The notes beneath the pieces are model-generated. The model was not told the DNA's origin. It made no database searches and saw nothing but the letters and a program-made list of their open reading frames with translations. This document shows, one piece after another, positions 39,469 through 53,159 of a DNA stretch of 64,000 nucleotides. Made by a program: the position numbers and the translations under genes. Each line of letters starts with the position of its first letter. The first letter of the stretch is position 1. The stretch lies in contig DATBQR010000121.1 of NCBI GenBank assembly GCA_036560705.1, positions 60,613 through 124,612 of the forward strand. Reading direction: 5' to 3'. The DNA is from Burkholderiales bacterium. GTDB taxonomy: Bacteria > Pseudomonadota > Gammaproteobacteria > Burkholderiales > SG8-39.

Positions 39469-40173
39469 GAAGCCGGTGGCGATTTTCAGGCACGTCCGCA
39501 GTGAAGGCCCGGCCTATTTTGCCACTTACCTCGAGCGCCGGGCGATCCCCTGGAAGCTGTTCGCGCTGGACGAGGGCCGCGCGGTGCCGAAGGACGTGCG
39601 CAAGTTCTCGGGCGTGGCGTTCATGGGCGGGCCGATGAGCGTCAACGACGACCTGCCCTGGATCAGGCCGATGCTGGAATTCGTACGCGAGGCGGTGCGC
39701 AAGGACGTGCCGGCGCTCGGGCATTGTCTCGGCGGGCAGCTGATGTCGAAGGCGCTCGGCGGCGAGGTGACCCGCGCGCGGGTCAAGGAGATCGGCTGGG
39801 GCGAAGTCGAGGTCGCCGACAACAACGTCGCGCGCGAATGGTTCGCGCCGCTGACCGCGTTCGAGTCTTTCCACTGGCACGGCGAGACCTTCAGCGTCCC
39901 GCCGGGGGCAACCCGCGTGCTCGGCAATACGCATTGCGCCAACCAGGCGTTCGCCGTCGGCAGGCATCTCGGCTTGCAGTGCCACGTCGAGATGACCGGG
40001 GAGCTGATCCGCAGCTGGTGCAGCGGCGGCGCCGAGGAGATCCGCGGCAGCGCGGCCAGCCCGGGCGTGCAGCAACCGGCGAAAATCGAAAAGAACCTCG
40101 AAGAGCGCGTTGCCGCGCTGCATAAAGTCGCCGACCGGATCTACGACCGCTGGACCGAGGGCCTGGCCGGAAG

Positions 40174-40177
<4 letters not shown>
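39467..40177 (+). CDS. class I glutamine amidotransferase-like protein
   Basis: Internal ATG of track ORF 39257..40177. Nucleophile elbow [10 protein letters not shown] and LQCHVEM (His/Glu). Confidence 0.75.
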
Positions 40178-43666
<3,489 letters not shown>

Positions 43667-43673
43667 GACCGGC

Positions 43674-44879
43674 TCAACGTACCGCTGCGGTTTTGGGCTG
43701 AACGGATTCCTGTGCGAGGAAAGCCTTCACGAGCGGCGCCAGCCGCTCGACCATCTCGCGGCCCTCGGCCTCGGTGACGACCAGCGCCGGCAGCAGGCGG
43801 ACCACGTTGTCGGCGGTGACATTGAACACGAGGCCCGCGTCCAGCCCCTTTTTCACCAGTTCGCCGCAGGGCCGGTCGAGCTCGATGCCGATCATCAGGC
43901 CCATGCCGCGCACCTCGGTAACGCCCGCGACTCCGCCGAGCGCCGCCTTCAAACCCGCAAGCATCGCGGCGCCGCATTTCGCCGCATTGTCGAGCAGGCC
44001 TTCATCCTTCACCGTGTCCAGCGTCGTCACCACGCCGCACATGGCAAGCGGGTTGCCGCCGAAGGTCGAGCCGTGGTTGCCGGGCTTGAACACGCCCTTG
44101 GCGCGCCCGCCGACCACGCAGGCGCCCACCGGCACGCCGCCGGCCAGGCCCTTGGCGAGCGGCACCACGTCCGGCATGAAACCGGCGTGCTGGTAGACGA
44201 ACCATTTGCCGGTGCGTCCCAGGCCGCACTGCACCTCGTCGGACATGAACAGCCACTCGTTGCGCTCGCAGATTTCCTTGAGGCCTCTCAGGTATTCGAG
44301 GCGCGAGACGTTGATGCCGCCCTCGCCCTGGATCGGCTCGATGAATACCGCCACCACGTTCTTGTTGTGCGCGGCGACCTGGCGCACCGCGTCCAGGTCG
44401 TTGAGCGGCACGCGCACGAAACCCTGCACCAGCGGCTCGAAGCCGGCCTGAACCTTGCGGCTGGCGGTGGCGGACAGCGTCGCCAGCGAACGCCCGTGGA
44501 AGGCTTTCTCCATCACGATGATGGCCGGCTCGGCGATGCCCCGGTCGTGGCCGTACTTGCGCGCGACCTTGATCGCGGCTTCGTTGGCTTCCAGCCCGGA
44601 ATTGCAGAAGAACACCTCGTCCAGCCCGGTGATCTGCGCGATGCGGTCGGCCGCCTGCTCCTGCAGCGGGATCTGGAACAAGTTCGAGCTATGGATGAGG
44701 CGGCCGATCTGCTCCGTGAGCGCGCGCGTGAGGCGCGGGTGGTTGTGGCCGAGCGTGTTCACCGCGATGCCGGCGAGGGCGTCGAGGTACTTCTTGCCGG
44801 CTTCGTCCCACAGCCACACGCCCTGGCCTCGCACGAACGCGACCGGCTGGCGGGCGTAGGTGTTCATGACGTGGCTCAT
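43674..44879 (-). CDS. argD: acetylornithine aminotransferase (class III PLP aminotransferase)
   Basis: DEVQCGLGRTGK PLP-Lys region and GNHGSTFGGNPLA. ATG 44879 preferred (AAGGGA SD) over track TTG 44897. Confidence 0.88.
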   Translation of the reverse strand: MSHVMNTYARQPVAFVRGQGVWLWDEAGKKYLDALAGIAVNTLGHNHPRLTRALTEQIGRLIHSSNLFQIPLQEQAADRIAQITGLDEVFFCNSGLEANEAAIKVARKYGHDRGIAEPAIIVMEKAFHGRSLATLSATASRKVQAGFEPLVQGFVRVPLNDLDAVRQVAAHNKNVVAVFIEPIQGEGGINVSRLEYLRGLKEICERNEWLFMSDEVQCGLGRTGKWFVYQHAGFMPDVVPLAKGLAGGVPVGACVVGGRAKGVFKPGNHGSTFGGNPLAMCGVVTTLDTVKDEGLLDNAAKCGAAMLAGLKAALGGVAGVTEVRGMGLMIGIELDRPCGELVKKGLDAGLVFNVTADNVVRLLPALVVTEAEGREMVERLAPLVKAFLAQESVQPKTAAVR

Positions 44880-44902
44880 GGCGTTATCCCTTTCCAAAAT
44901 GC

Positions 44903-44931
44903 AAAACGGCGGTCGAAGAACCGCCGTTTTT
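44903..44931 (-). terminator. GC-rich hairpin with flanking A/T runs (rho-independent terminator-like)
   Basis: AAAACGGCGG-tcgaagaa-CCGCCGTTTT, 44 bp downstream of the decarboxylase stop and 24 bp upstream of the argD ATG. Confidence 0.6.
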
Positions 44932-44974
44932 GGAATCGTATCAGGGGCTAGCCGAAAAGGGTAGAGAGCCCGGA

Positions 44975-46957
44975 TCAGCCTATTCGCCGCAGATTTTTCT
45001 CTTCCGAAGTCCTGAGTACCCGCACGCAGGGCTGGTAGCCCTCGTAGACGATGCCGTGCAGTTCGGTACGCTTCTGCGAGCGCAGCAGCGCGGCCAGATA
45101 TTCGGTGATTTTCGGCGTGATGACCTGGCCGGGGACCAGCACCGGGATGCCCGGCGGGTAGGGCACGATGCCGTCGGCGCAGACGCGGTGCGAGAGCGCG
45201 CGGTTGACGCGCTCCTTCTCGTCGAACACCGGCACCAGTTCGCCGCCGCAGAAGTAGGCGTCACGCGGCAGGAAGCGCAGTTTGGTGAACGCCGGAATCT
45301 CCGGCGCACGCTCAAGGCGCCGACGCGGGCGGCCCTCGCGCGCGAGGCGCATCAGCGCGTCGTACAGGCGCGACACCTTGGAGCGCGTGGTGCCGATGGT
45401 GAGCAGCAGCGTGATGGTGTTGAAGGTGCTTTTCTCGATCTGGATGTTGAAGCGGTCGAAGAGTTCCTTCTGCAGTTCGTCTACCGTGTAGCCGCAGCCC
45501 GAGACGTCCACCGTCACCTTGGTGATGTCGAGGCGGATGCCGTCGCCGCGCACTTCCTCCGGCAGCAGGTCGGCGAGCTCCAGAACGCGGAACATGCCGG
45601 TGGAGTTGATCTGCTGGCGGACTTCCTTGGCGAGCGCGATGGTGCGCGACAGCAGCTTGTAGCCCTCCATGGTCGCCTGTTTGCGGGCGATGTCCAGGCT
45701 GGCGATCAGGCCGTACTGCGGCGAGGTGGAAGTGTGCATGTTGAAGTTCTCGCGGAACAGGTGCTCGCGGAAGCCCGGATCGTTGACGTGGATCATCGAG
45801 GCCTGCGAGAACGCGGAGAGAACCTTGTGCGTGGATTGCGTCGCGTAGTCCGCGCCCGCCTCCAGCGCGGTCGGACGGAATTCCGGGTGGAAGCGCGCGA
45901 AGCCGTACCAGGCCTCGTCGACGATGACCTTGATGCCCTTCGCGTGCGCCGCGCGCACGACCGGCTCGAGGTCGTAGCGCAGGCCGTCGTAGGTGCAGGA
46001 GGTGAGGATCAATGCCTGCGCGTCGGGGTGCTTCTGGATTTCCCTCAGGAGGGTTTTTTTCGGCACAGGACCATACAGCCCGTATTTCCGGTTCAGCGCC
46101 GAATCCAGGTAGACCGGGTGCGCGCCGGACAGCACCACGCCGTGGTGCACGCTCTTGTGGCAGTTGCGGTCGAGCAGCAGCTTCTCGCCCGGCGCGAGCA
46201 GGGTCTGGAAGATGACCTTGTTGGCGGTCGAGGTGCCGTTGGTGGCGAAGAAGGTGCGCCGCGCGCCGAAGGCCTTGGCCGCCATCGCCTGCGCCTCGAG
46301 GATCACGCCCTTGGGATCCATCAGCGAATCGAGCATCGGCACCGACACGGACAGGTCGGCGTCGAACACGTGGTCGCCCATGAATTCGTAGAAATCGTTC
46401 ACCCAGGGGCTGCCGCGCAGCGACTCGCCGGAGGAGTGCCCGGGCGTGTGCCACTGGTCCTTCGCCATCCAGACGTAGGTCTTCAGCTGGTCGGTGAAGG
46501 GCGTGCGCGCTTTTTCCTGGATCTGCGCGTTTAGGATGCGGTAGATGCCGCGGTAGTCGCGTTCTTCGCGGTAGAAGTAGCCGTCCACCGCCTCGGTGAA
46601 CAGGGCATCGACGACGTCGTCCTCCTTTTCCTGCGCGATCAGGATGTAGACGTCCAGCTCGGGCCGGAAGCGGGTGATGCGCTGGACCAGTTCCAGGGCG
46701 GACATCTGCAGGCGTTTGCGCCCGCCGTTTTTCCGGCCCCCGGGGAGCGAATACAGCTTGTCGTCCACCAGCACCGCCTGGATGTCGCCGTCCGCCTCGA
46801 TCGCCGACAGCGCCTCCCGGGCGGTGGCTACGCCGCTGAAGGAAATTCCGAGCGGGTTGTCCAGGGACCTGGCCGCCGCATTCAGCCCCTTGACGATCTC
46901 GCGCAGGACGAGCGGCTCGTCCTCGATGACCAGGATGCGGCTGAGCGGTTTGACCAT
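44975..46957 (-). CDS. Orn/Lys/Arg decarboxylase (large, fold-type I PLP enzyme with N-terminal wing domain)
   Basis: 660 aa. HTPGHSSG and the ATQSTHKVLSAFSQAS PLP-lysine motif. The N-terminal CheY-like wing domain is typical of AdiA/LdcI/SpeC relatives. Confidence 0.85.
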   Translation of the reverse strand: MVKPLSRILVIEDEPLVLREIVKGLNAAARSLDNPLGISFSGVATAREALSAIEADGDIQAVLVDDKLYSLPGGRKNGGRKRLQMSALELVQRITRFRPELDVYILIAQEKEDDVVDALFTEAVDGYFYREERDYRGIYRILNAQIQEKARTPFTDQLKTYVWMAKDQWHTPGHSSGESLRGSPWVNDFYEFMGDHVFDADLSVSVPMLDSLMDPKGVILEAQAMAAKAFGARRTFFATNGTSTANKVIFQTLLAPGEKLLLDRNCHKSVHHGVVLSGAHPVYLDSALNRKYGLYGPVPKKTLLREIQKHPDAQALILTSCTYDGLRYDLEPVVRAAHAKGIKVIVDEAWYGFARFHPEFRPTALEAGADYATQSTHKVLSAFSQASMIHVNDPGFREHLFRENFNMHTSTSPQYGLIASLDIARKQATMEGYKLLSRTIALAKEVRQQINSTGMFRVLELADLLPEEVRGDGIRLDITKVTVDVSGCGYTVDELQKELFDRFNIQIEKSTFNTITLLLTIGTTRSKVSRLYDALMRLAREGRPRRRLERAPEIPAFTKLRFLPRDAYFCGGELVPVFDEKERVNRALSHRVCADGIVPYPPGIPVLVPGQVITPKITEYLAALLRSQKRTELHGIVYEGYQPCVRVLRTSEEKNLRRIG

Positions 46958-46972
46958 ACGCTATTATTTCGT

Positions 46973-47302
46973 ATGCCCGAGCCGGAAATCGTCGAGTTTG
47001 TCATCCAGGGGGTGACTGTCGACGGCAAACCGTTCCGGCCCAGCGACTGGGCCGAGCGGCTGTGCGGCGTGATGTCGGCCTTCGGCGGCGACCATCGCAT
47101 GCAGTACTCCCCTTACGTTCATCCGGTAACCGCTTCGGGGGTGCGCTGCGTGGTGGTGGACGTGCGGCTCGAAGAGCTCGAACCGATGGCTTACCGTTTC
47201 CTGCTCAGTTTTGCCAGTGACAACGAACTGAAGACGCGCGACGGGCGCGATGCCAGCCGCTCCGAGCTCGCCAAGGTGCTGCGAGCAGGGGACACGGATT
47301 GA
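46973..47302 (+). CDS. DUF3579-domain protein
   Basis: 109 aa. FVIQGVTVDGKPFRPSDWAERLCGVMSAFG matches my recollection of DUF3579, a family often found next to rpsT in betaproteobacteria. Confidence 0.55.
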   Translation: MPEPEIVEFVIQGVTVDGKPFRPSDWAERLCGVMSAFGGDHRMQYSPYVHPVTASGVRCVVVDVRLEELEPMAYRFLLSFASDNELKTRDGRDASRSELAKVLRAGDTD

Positions 47303-47303
47303 A

Positions 47304-47327
47304 AAAACGGGGCAGGGGCCCTGTTTT
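47304..47327. terminator. bidirectional rho-independent terminator
   Basis: AAAACGGGGC-aggg-GCCCTGTTTT (one G-U pair) between the convergent DUF3579 and rpsT genes, with A/T runs on both sides. Confidence 0.65.
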
Positions 47328-47332
47328 CCCGC

Positions 47333-47596
47333 TCAGGACATCGCCTTGATGGCGTGGGCGAGGCGGCTCTTCTGGCGGGCGGCGGCGTTGCGGTGCACGA
47401 CGCCCTTGGCGGCGACGCGGTCGATCACGGCCTGCGATTTGACCAGTGCGGCGGCGGCGGCTTTCTTGTCGCCCGCGGCGATCGCCTTCTTGACGTCCTT
47501 GATCGCGCTGCGCGCAGCGGTGTGCAGGCTCACGTTGCGGCTGCGGCGGACGACGGCCTGGCGGGCGCGTTTGCGGGCGGACTTGATGTTGGCCAT
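47333..47596 (-). CDS. rpsT: 30S ribosomal protein S20
   Basis: [18 protein letters not shown]. 87 aa, strongly basic. Confidence 0.95.
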   Translation of the reverse strand: MANIKSARKRARQAVVRRSRNVSLHTAARSAIKDVKKAIAAGDKKAAAAALVKSQAVIDRVAAKGVVHRNAAARQKSRLAHAIKAMS

Positions 47597-47634
47597 GTAC
47601 TGTTTCCAGTGCGAAAAAAGGCGCGAATTCTAGC

Positions 47635-49173
47635 ATGAACCTGCTCAGGGCCCTCGCCACCGTCAGCAGCATGACCCTGCTGTCGCGGGTCCTCGGCTAC
47701 GTGCGGGATTCCTTCATCGCGCGGATCTTCGGCGCCGGCCTGGCGACCGACGCGTTCTTCGTCGCCTTCCGCATTCCCAACCTGCTGCGACGGCTGTTCG
47801 CCGAAGGCGCGTTTTCGCAGGCTTTCGTGCCGATCCTCGCCGAGGTCCGCAACCGCGAATCGCCCGAGGCGACCCGCACGCTGGTGGACAGCGTGTCCAC
47901 CGTGCTTTTCCTCTCGCTGCTGCTGACCGCGGCGCTCGGCATGCTGCTCGCTCCGCTGGTGGTCTATGTGTCGGCGCCGGGTTTTGCCGCCGAGCCGGGC
48001 AAGTTCGATCTCACCGTGACGATGCTGCGCATCACTTTTCCCTACATCGTCTTCATCTCGCTGGTGGCGCTGGCCGCCGGCGTGCTGAACACCTGGAGCC
48101 GGTTCGCGGTGCCGGCGTTCACGCCGGTGCTGCTGAACGTCTCGTTCATCGTCGGTGCGGCGTTCTTTGCCGGGCGCTTCGACCCGCCGGTGCTGGTGCT
48201 GGCCTGGGCGGTGTTCGCGGGCGGTCTGCTGCAACTCGCGCTGCAGCTGCCGTTCCTGTGGAAAATCGGCATGCTGCCGCGCTGGCGCCTCGACCTGAAG
48301 CATCCGGGCGTGCGGCGCGTCCTGAAGCTCATGGCGCCGGCGGTGTTCGGCGTTTCGGTGAGCCAGGTGTCGCTGCTGATCAACACCATCTTCGCCTCGT
48401 TCCTCGTCACCGGCAGCGTGTCCTGGCTCTACTACGCCGACCGGCTGATGGAATTCCCGGCGGGCGTGCTCGGCGCGGCGCTCGGAACAATCCTGCTGCC
48501 GAGCCTGTCGAAGCACCATGCCAGCGGCGCACCGGAGGCGTACGGCCGTCTCCTCGACTGGGGGCTGCGGGTGACTTTGCTGCTCGCGCTTCCGGCGGCG
48601 GCGGCGCTCGCGGTGCTGGCGATACCGCTGATCGCCACGCTGTTCCATTACGGCCAGTTCAGCGCGACGGACGCCTGGATGACGCGCGATGCGCTGGTCG
48701 CCTACAGTCTGGGACTGGTCGGCATGATCCTGGTCAAGATACTCGCACCGGGCTTCTACGCGCGGCAGAACGTGGTGACGCCGGTGAAAATCGGCCTGCT
48801 GACGCTGGCTGCGACGCAGGCGATGAACTTCGCCTTCATCGGCCCGTTCAAGCACGCGGGCCTCGCGCTGGCGATCGGCCTTGGCGCCTGCCTGAACGCA
48901 TTGCTGTTGTATTTGACGCTGAGAAAACAAAACATTTACACGCCGCAGCCCGGCTGGCCCGCTTTCGCGCTGAAAGTCGGCGCGGCCGTCGCGGTGATGG
49001 CCGCGGTGCTCCGGCTGGCGATGGGGCAGGCCGCGGCCTGGCTGCAGGCGGGCTGGCACTGGAAGCTGGGCATGCTGGCCGCGCTGGTGCTGCTCGGGAC
49101 CGCCGTCTACGGCGCCTGCCTGTTCGCGTTCGGCTTCCGGCTGCGCCATTTTTCGATGCGGGGCGCCGATTGA
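47635..49173 (+). CDS. murJ: lipid II flippase MurJ
   Basis: [25 protein letters not shown]...[27 protein letters not shown] is the canonical MurJ/MviN N-terminus. 512 aa, 14 TM helices. Confidence 0.93.
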   Translation: MNLLRALATVSSMTLLSRVLGYVRDSFIARIFGAGLATDAFFVAFRIPNLLRRLFAEGAFSQAFVPILAEVRNRESPEATRTLVDSVSTVLFLSLLLTAALGMLLAPLVVYVSAPGFAAEPGKFDLTVTMLRITFPYIVFISLVALAAGVLNTWSRFAVPAFTPVLLNVSFIVGAAFFAGRFDPPVLVLAWAVFAGGLLQLALQLPFLWKIGMLPRWRLDLKHPGVRRVLKLMAPAVFGVSVSQVSLLINTIFASFLVTGSVSWLYYADRLMEFPAGVLGAALGTILLPSLSKHHASGAPEAYGRLLDWGLRVTLLLALPAAAALAVLAIPLIATLFHYGQFSATDAWMTRDALVAYSLGLVGMILVKILAPGFYARQNVVTPVKIGLLTLAATQAMNFAFIGPFKHAGLALAIGLGACLNALLLYLTLRKQNIYTPQPGWPAFALKVGAAVAVMAAVLRLAMGQAAAWLQAGWHWKLGMLAALVLLGTAVYGACLFAFGFRLRHFSMRGAD

Positions 49174-50036
49174 CGGCGGGGCTGGATCGCTTCTCCGAGC
49201 TGGTGTCGCGCCGCGACGGGGAGATCGAACTGGCGAGGGCCTGCCTGCAGATCGCGGAGGACGCCTACCCCGGGCTGGACGTGGACGGCTACGTCGGCGA
49301 GATCGACCGGTTCGCCAAACGGCTGCGCGCGCGCCTCGGCGCCGGTGCCGCCCTCGAGGACCGGGTGATCGCGCTGAACGAATTCCTCTTCGACGACCTC
49401 GGCTTCAGCGGCAACACGGACGACTACTACGATCCGCGCAACTCCTACCTGAACGAGGTGCTCGACCGCCGGACCGGCATTCCGATCACGCTTGCCGTGC
49501 TGTACATGGAGATCGGCCGGCGCATCGAACTGCCGTTCGAGGGCGTGTCGTTCCCGGGGCATTTCCTGGTCCGCCTGCCGCTGCGCGGCGGCACGCTCGT
49601 GCTCGACCCTTTTTCCGGCGGCGTGCCGCAGTCCGAGAGCGAACTGCGCGAGCGCCTGAAGCGCGTAATCCCGGGCGATGTTGCGGCCGGCAGGGCGAGC
49701 GGCGTCCTGGCCGCCGAGCTGCCGCTCGACCAGTTCCTCGAACCGGCGAGCAACCGGCAGATCCTCGCGCGCGTGCTGCGCAACCTGAAGGGGGTCTACC
49801 GCGAGAAGGACAAGCCCGAGCGCATGCTCGAGGTGCTGAACCGGATGCTCATCGTCGCGCCGGATGCCGCCCCGGAACTGCGCGACCGCGGTTTCGTCTA
49901 CCAGCGCCTCGAATGCTGGCGCCCCGCGCTCAAGGACCTGGCCGAATACCTGGAGCGGGCGCCGGACGCGGGCGACGCGGACGAGGTGCGCGCGAAAATG
50001 GTCGATCTCTCGGTGCGCTGCGCGCGCCTGAACTGA
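49170..50036 (+). CDS. SirB1/YchA-family protein (transglutaminase-like N-domain + TPR)
   Basis: In-frame TTG 49170 overlaps the murJ stop (TTGA). [27 protein letters not shown] and FPGHFLVR are family hallmarks. Confidence 0.65.
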   Translation: MTAGLDRFSELVSRRDGEIELARACLQIAEDAYPGLDVDGYVGEIDRFAKRLRARLGAGAALEDRVIALNEFLFDDLGFSGNTDDYYDPRNSYLNEVLDRRTGIPITLAVLYMEIGRRIELPFEGVSFPGHFLVRLPLRGGTLVLDPFSGGVPQSESELRERLKRVIPGDVAAGRASGVLAAELPLDQFLEPASNRQILARVLRNLKGVYREKDKPERMLEVLNRMLIVAPDAAPELRDRGFVYQRLECWRPALKDLAEYLERAPDAGDADEVRAKMVDLSVRCARLN

Positions 50037-50135
50037 GGCGGGGGCCGGGTTCCCCGGGGCCGCAATCGGGGCTAGAATCGCCGCTCGGACTTCAATCGCA
50101 GGTCCAATAATCGATCCAAACGGAGGAGGGGTTAC

Positions 50136-51260
50136 ATGAAGCGCAGATCATTCCTGAAGAAGGCCGCAGCGGGCCTGGCAGTGGGAACCGCCGCCGCACC
50201 CGCGTTCGGGCAGGCGCCGGCCGCGGTCACCGGCATGCCGAACATCAGCTGGCGCATGGCGACCAGCTGGCCGAAGAGCCTGGACACGCTGTTCGGCGGC
50301 GCCGAGCATATCGCCAAGAGGGTGGCCGAGGCGACTGGCGGCAAATTCAACATCAAAGTATTTGCGGCCGGCGAGATCGTCGGCGGCCTGCAGGTCCTGG
50401 ACGCGGTCCAGAACGGCACGGTGGAGTGCGGCCACACCGCCGCGTACTACTACTTCGGCAAGGACCAGACTTTCGCGTTCGGCACGAATATCCCGTTCGG
50501 CCTGAACGCGCGGCAGCAGTATTCCTGGTACTACCAGGGCGGCGGCCTCGAATTGATGCGCGATTTCTACAAGGACTACAACATCGTCAATCATATGGCC
50601 GGCAGCACCGGCTGCCAGATGGGCGGCTGGTTCCGCAAGCCAATCAAGTCGCTGGCCGATCTCAAGGGGTTGAAGTTCCGTATCGGCGGTACCGGCGGCA
50701 CGGTGCTCAGTCGTCTCGGCGTGGTGCCGCAGCAGATCGCCGGCGGCGACATATACCCGGCGCTGGAAAAGGGCACGATTGACGCAGCCGAATGGGTCGG
50801 CCCTTACGACGACGAGAAACTCGGCTTCTACAAGGTGGCGAAAAACTACTATTACCCGGGCTGGTGGGAGAGCGGATCGTCGCTCGAATTGATTGTCGGC
50901 GACAAGGCGTGGGCGTCGTTGCCGAAGGAGTACCAGGCGATTCTGGAAGCGGCCTGCGCCGAGGCCTACATCTGGATGCTGTCGAAGTACGACGCGCTCA
51001 ACCCGCCGGCACTGAAGCGCCTGATCGCCAATGGCGTGACCCTGTCGCCGTTCTCCGCCGATATCCTGGCCGCGTGTCACAAGGCCTCCGAAGAGAACTA
51101 CGAGGAAGTCGCTTCGAAGAACCCGAAGTTCCGCAAGATCTACGAGCCGTGGAAGAAATTCCGCGCCGAGCAGTTCGAATGGCTGTCGATCGCGGAAAAT
51201 CGCGAGGACAACTTCATGATCGCGGCGCAGCGCGCAGCGCAGCGGGGATCGAAGAAGTAA
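50136..51260 (+). CDS. dctP: TRAP transporter substrate-binding protein (DctP superfamily) with Tat signal
   Basis: MKRRSFLKKAAAGLAVGTAAAPAFG twin-arginine leader. The 374 aa body resembles the TRAP 'mannitol/chloroaromatic' type SBP. Confidence 0.8.
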   Translation: MKRRSFLKKAAAGLAVGTAAAPAFGQAPAAVTGMPNISWRMATSWPKSLDTLFGGAEHIAKRVAEATGGKFNIKVFAAGEIVGGLQVLDAVQNGTVECGHTAAYYYFGKDQTFAFGTNIPFGLNARQQYSWYYQGGGLELMRDFYKDYNIVNHMAGSTGCQMGGWFRKPIKSLADLKGLKFRIGGTGGTVLSRLGVVPQQIAGGDIYPALEKGTIDAAEWVGPYDDEKLGFYKVAKNYYYPGWWESGSSLELIVGDKAWASLPKEYQAILEAACAEAYIWMLSKYDALNPPALKRLIANGVTLSPFSADILAACHKASEENYEEVASKNPKFRKIYEPWKKFRAEQFEWLSIAENREDNFMIAAQRAAQRGSKK

Positions 51261-51305
51261 GGCGGGCCTTGACGCCGGCCGGCGGCGTTGCAATCGCTGT
51301 CGGTC

Positions 51306-51338
51306 AAAAAAAGCCCCGCTTCGGCGGGGCTTTTTTTT
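51306..51338. terminator. bidirectional rho-independent terminator
   Basis: A7-GCCCCGC-ttcg-GCGGGGC-T8 between the convergent dctP and dctM genes. Confidence 0.85.
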
Positions 51339-51362
51339 GCTTCGTGGACCGGGACGGACGGG

Positions 51363-53159
51363 CTATTTCTTGGCGCCGGGCTTCGCCGCATCCTTCGGTT
51401 TTTCGGCCGCAGGCTCCTCACTCTTGCCGCTCATCGCCCGCTCGATCGCCTTCTCGGGGTCATCCTCATCCTTGTTTGCGTCCTTTGCTCCGGGTTCACT
51501 GGCCGACTGCCCTTCAAGCGGCGCGCCATCGGTGCCCGGGACTTCCTCCGGAACTTGAATCTGGATCTGGTCAGTATTCACGGCCGCTTTCTTGGCCATC
51601 CCTCCGCTCACGATGGCCGGGAACGCGATCACCAGGCTGACCATCAGAAGCTGTATCAGGACAAAGGGCACGGCGCCCCAGTAAATCTGCCCGGTCGTCA
51701 CCCTAGCAATCGTCCGGCCCGTCACCCTGTCCACATAGTCCTTGGGCGACGCGACGCTGCGCAGATAGAACAGCGCGTAGCCGAACGGCGGGTGCATGAA
51801 CGAAGTCTGCATGTTGACGCTGAGCAGGATGCCGAACCAGATCAGGTCGATGCCGAGCTTTTCGGCGACCGGACCGAGCAGGGGGATGATGATGAAGGCG
51901 AGCTCGAAAAAATCGAGGAAGAAGGCGAGCAGGAACACCAGCAAGTTGACCACGATGAGGAAGCCGAGTTGGCCGCCCGGGAGGTTGAGCAGCAGGTGCT
52001 CGATCCAGAGGTTGCCGTCGACGCCGTAGAAGGTCAGGCTGAACACGCGCGCGCCGACCAGGATGAACACCACGAAGGAGGTCAGCTTGGCGGTCGTGTT
52101 CATGGCCTGCCGCAGCAGGTTGATCGACAGCCGGCGCCGCGCGATCGCCATCGCCAGCGCCCCGCTGGCGCCCATGGCGCCGCCTTCGGTGGGCGTCGCG
52201 ACGCCGAGGAAAATGGTGCCGAGCACGAGGAAGATCAGCGCCAGCGGAGGGATCAGCACGAAGGTGACGCGTTCCGCCATGCGCGAGAGCAGGCCGAGCT
52301 TGAACAGGTGGTTGAGGACGGCCGCGACGAAGGCGATGCCAACGCCGACCGCGGTGGAGACCACGAGCATTTCGTCCGTCGGCGCATCGGGCGCCCCGTA
52401 CTTGTATTTTGCGAATGCAACGGCCGCTGCCAGGGAAATCAGCGACACGACCGCCAGGGACGGAATGCCGCTGCTGCCATTGGCCTCGCGGAACGTGCGC
52501 GCCTCCAGCGGCAATGCCGGCGCCCAGGCGGGCTTGAAAAAAGCGACGCCGGCGGCGTATAGCGCATAGATGCCTGCCAGCGTGATCCCTGGTATGAACG
52601 CACCCGCATACATGTCGCCGACCGATTTGCCGAGCTGGTCGGCCATGACGATCAGCACCAGCGAGGGCGGAATGATCTGGGCCAGCGTGCCAGACGCAGC
52701 AATCACGCCGGTCGCGAAGCGCCTGTCGTAACCGTAGCGCAGCATGATCGGCAGCGATATCAGCCCCATCGAGATGACGGAGGCGGCCACCACGCCGGTC
52801 GTGGCGGCCAGCAGGGCGCCGACAAAAACGACCGCGAACGCCAGGCCGCCGCGCAAAGGGCCGAACAGCTGGCCGATAGTGTCGAGCAGGTCTTCGGCCA
52901 TGCCGCTGCGTTCCAGTATCAGGCCCATGAAGGTGAAGAACGGCACGGCGAGCAGCGTGTCGTTCGACATCACCGCCCAGATGCGCTGCGGCAGGGCCTG
53001 GAACAGCGTCTCCTGCAGCAGGCCCAGCTCGATGCCGAGCAGGCCGAAGAAAATGCCGCTGGCGGCGAGCGCGAAGGCGACCGGGTAGCCGAACAGCATC
53101 ACCACGATCAGCGACGCGAACATCAGCGGCGCCATGTTGTGAATGAGAAATGCAGTCAT
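51363..53159 (-). CDS. dctM: TRAP transporter large permease (DctM family) with hydrophilic C-terminal tail
   Basis: 598 aa polytopic permease. The last ~80 aa are a low-complexity Glu/Asp/Lys/Pro/Ala tail (…EPGAKDANKDEDDPEKA…AEKPKDAAKPGAKK). Confidence 0.85.
   Translation of the reverse strand: MTAFLIHNMAPLMFASLIVVMLFGYPVAFALAASGIFFGLLGIELGLLQETLFQALPQRIWAVMSNDTLLAVPFFTFMGLILERSGMAEDLLDTIGQLFGPLRGGLAFAVVFVGALLAATTGVVAASVISMGLISLPIMLRYGYDRRFATGVIAASGTLAQIIPPSLVLIVMADQLGKSVGDMYAGAFIPGITLAGIYALYAAGVAFFKPAWAPALPLEARTFREANGSSGIPSLAVVSLISLAAAVAFAKYKYGAPDAPTDEMLVVSTAVGVGIAFVAAVLNHLFKLGLLSRMAERVTFVLIPPLALIFLVLGTIFLGVATPTEGGAMGASGALAMAIARRRLSINLLRQAMNTTAKLTSFVVFILVGARVFSLTFYGVDGNLWIEHLLLNLPGGQLGFLIVVNLLVFLLAFFLDFFELAFIIIPLLGPVAEKLGIDLIWFGILLSVNMQTSFMHPPFGYALFYLRSVASPKDYVDRVTGRTIARVTTGQIYWGAVPFVLIQLLMVSLVIAFPAIVSGGMAKKAAVNTDQIQIQVPEEVPGTDGAPLEGQSASEPGAKDANKDEDDPEKAIERAMSGKSEEPAAEKPKDAAKPGAKK

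Noticed and set aside
46600-46957. The CheY-like N-terminus of the decarboxylase (RILVIEDEPLVL…VLVDDKL) as a possible true phospho-receiver fusion.
   Set aside because: Large Orn/Lys/Arg decarboxylases (AdiA, LdcI, SpeC) normally carry a receiver-fold wing domain with similar acidic N-terminal residues. The conserved receiver Lys and Thr/Ser positions are not evident here.
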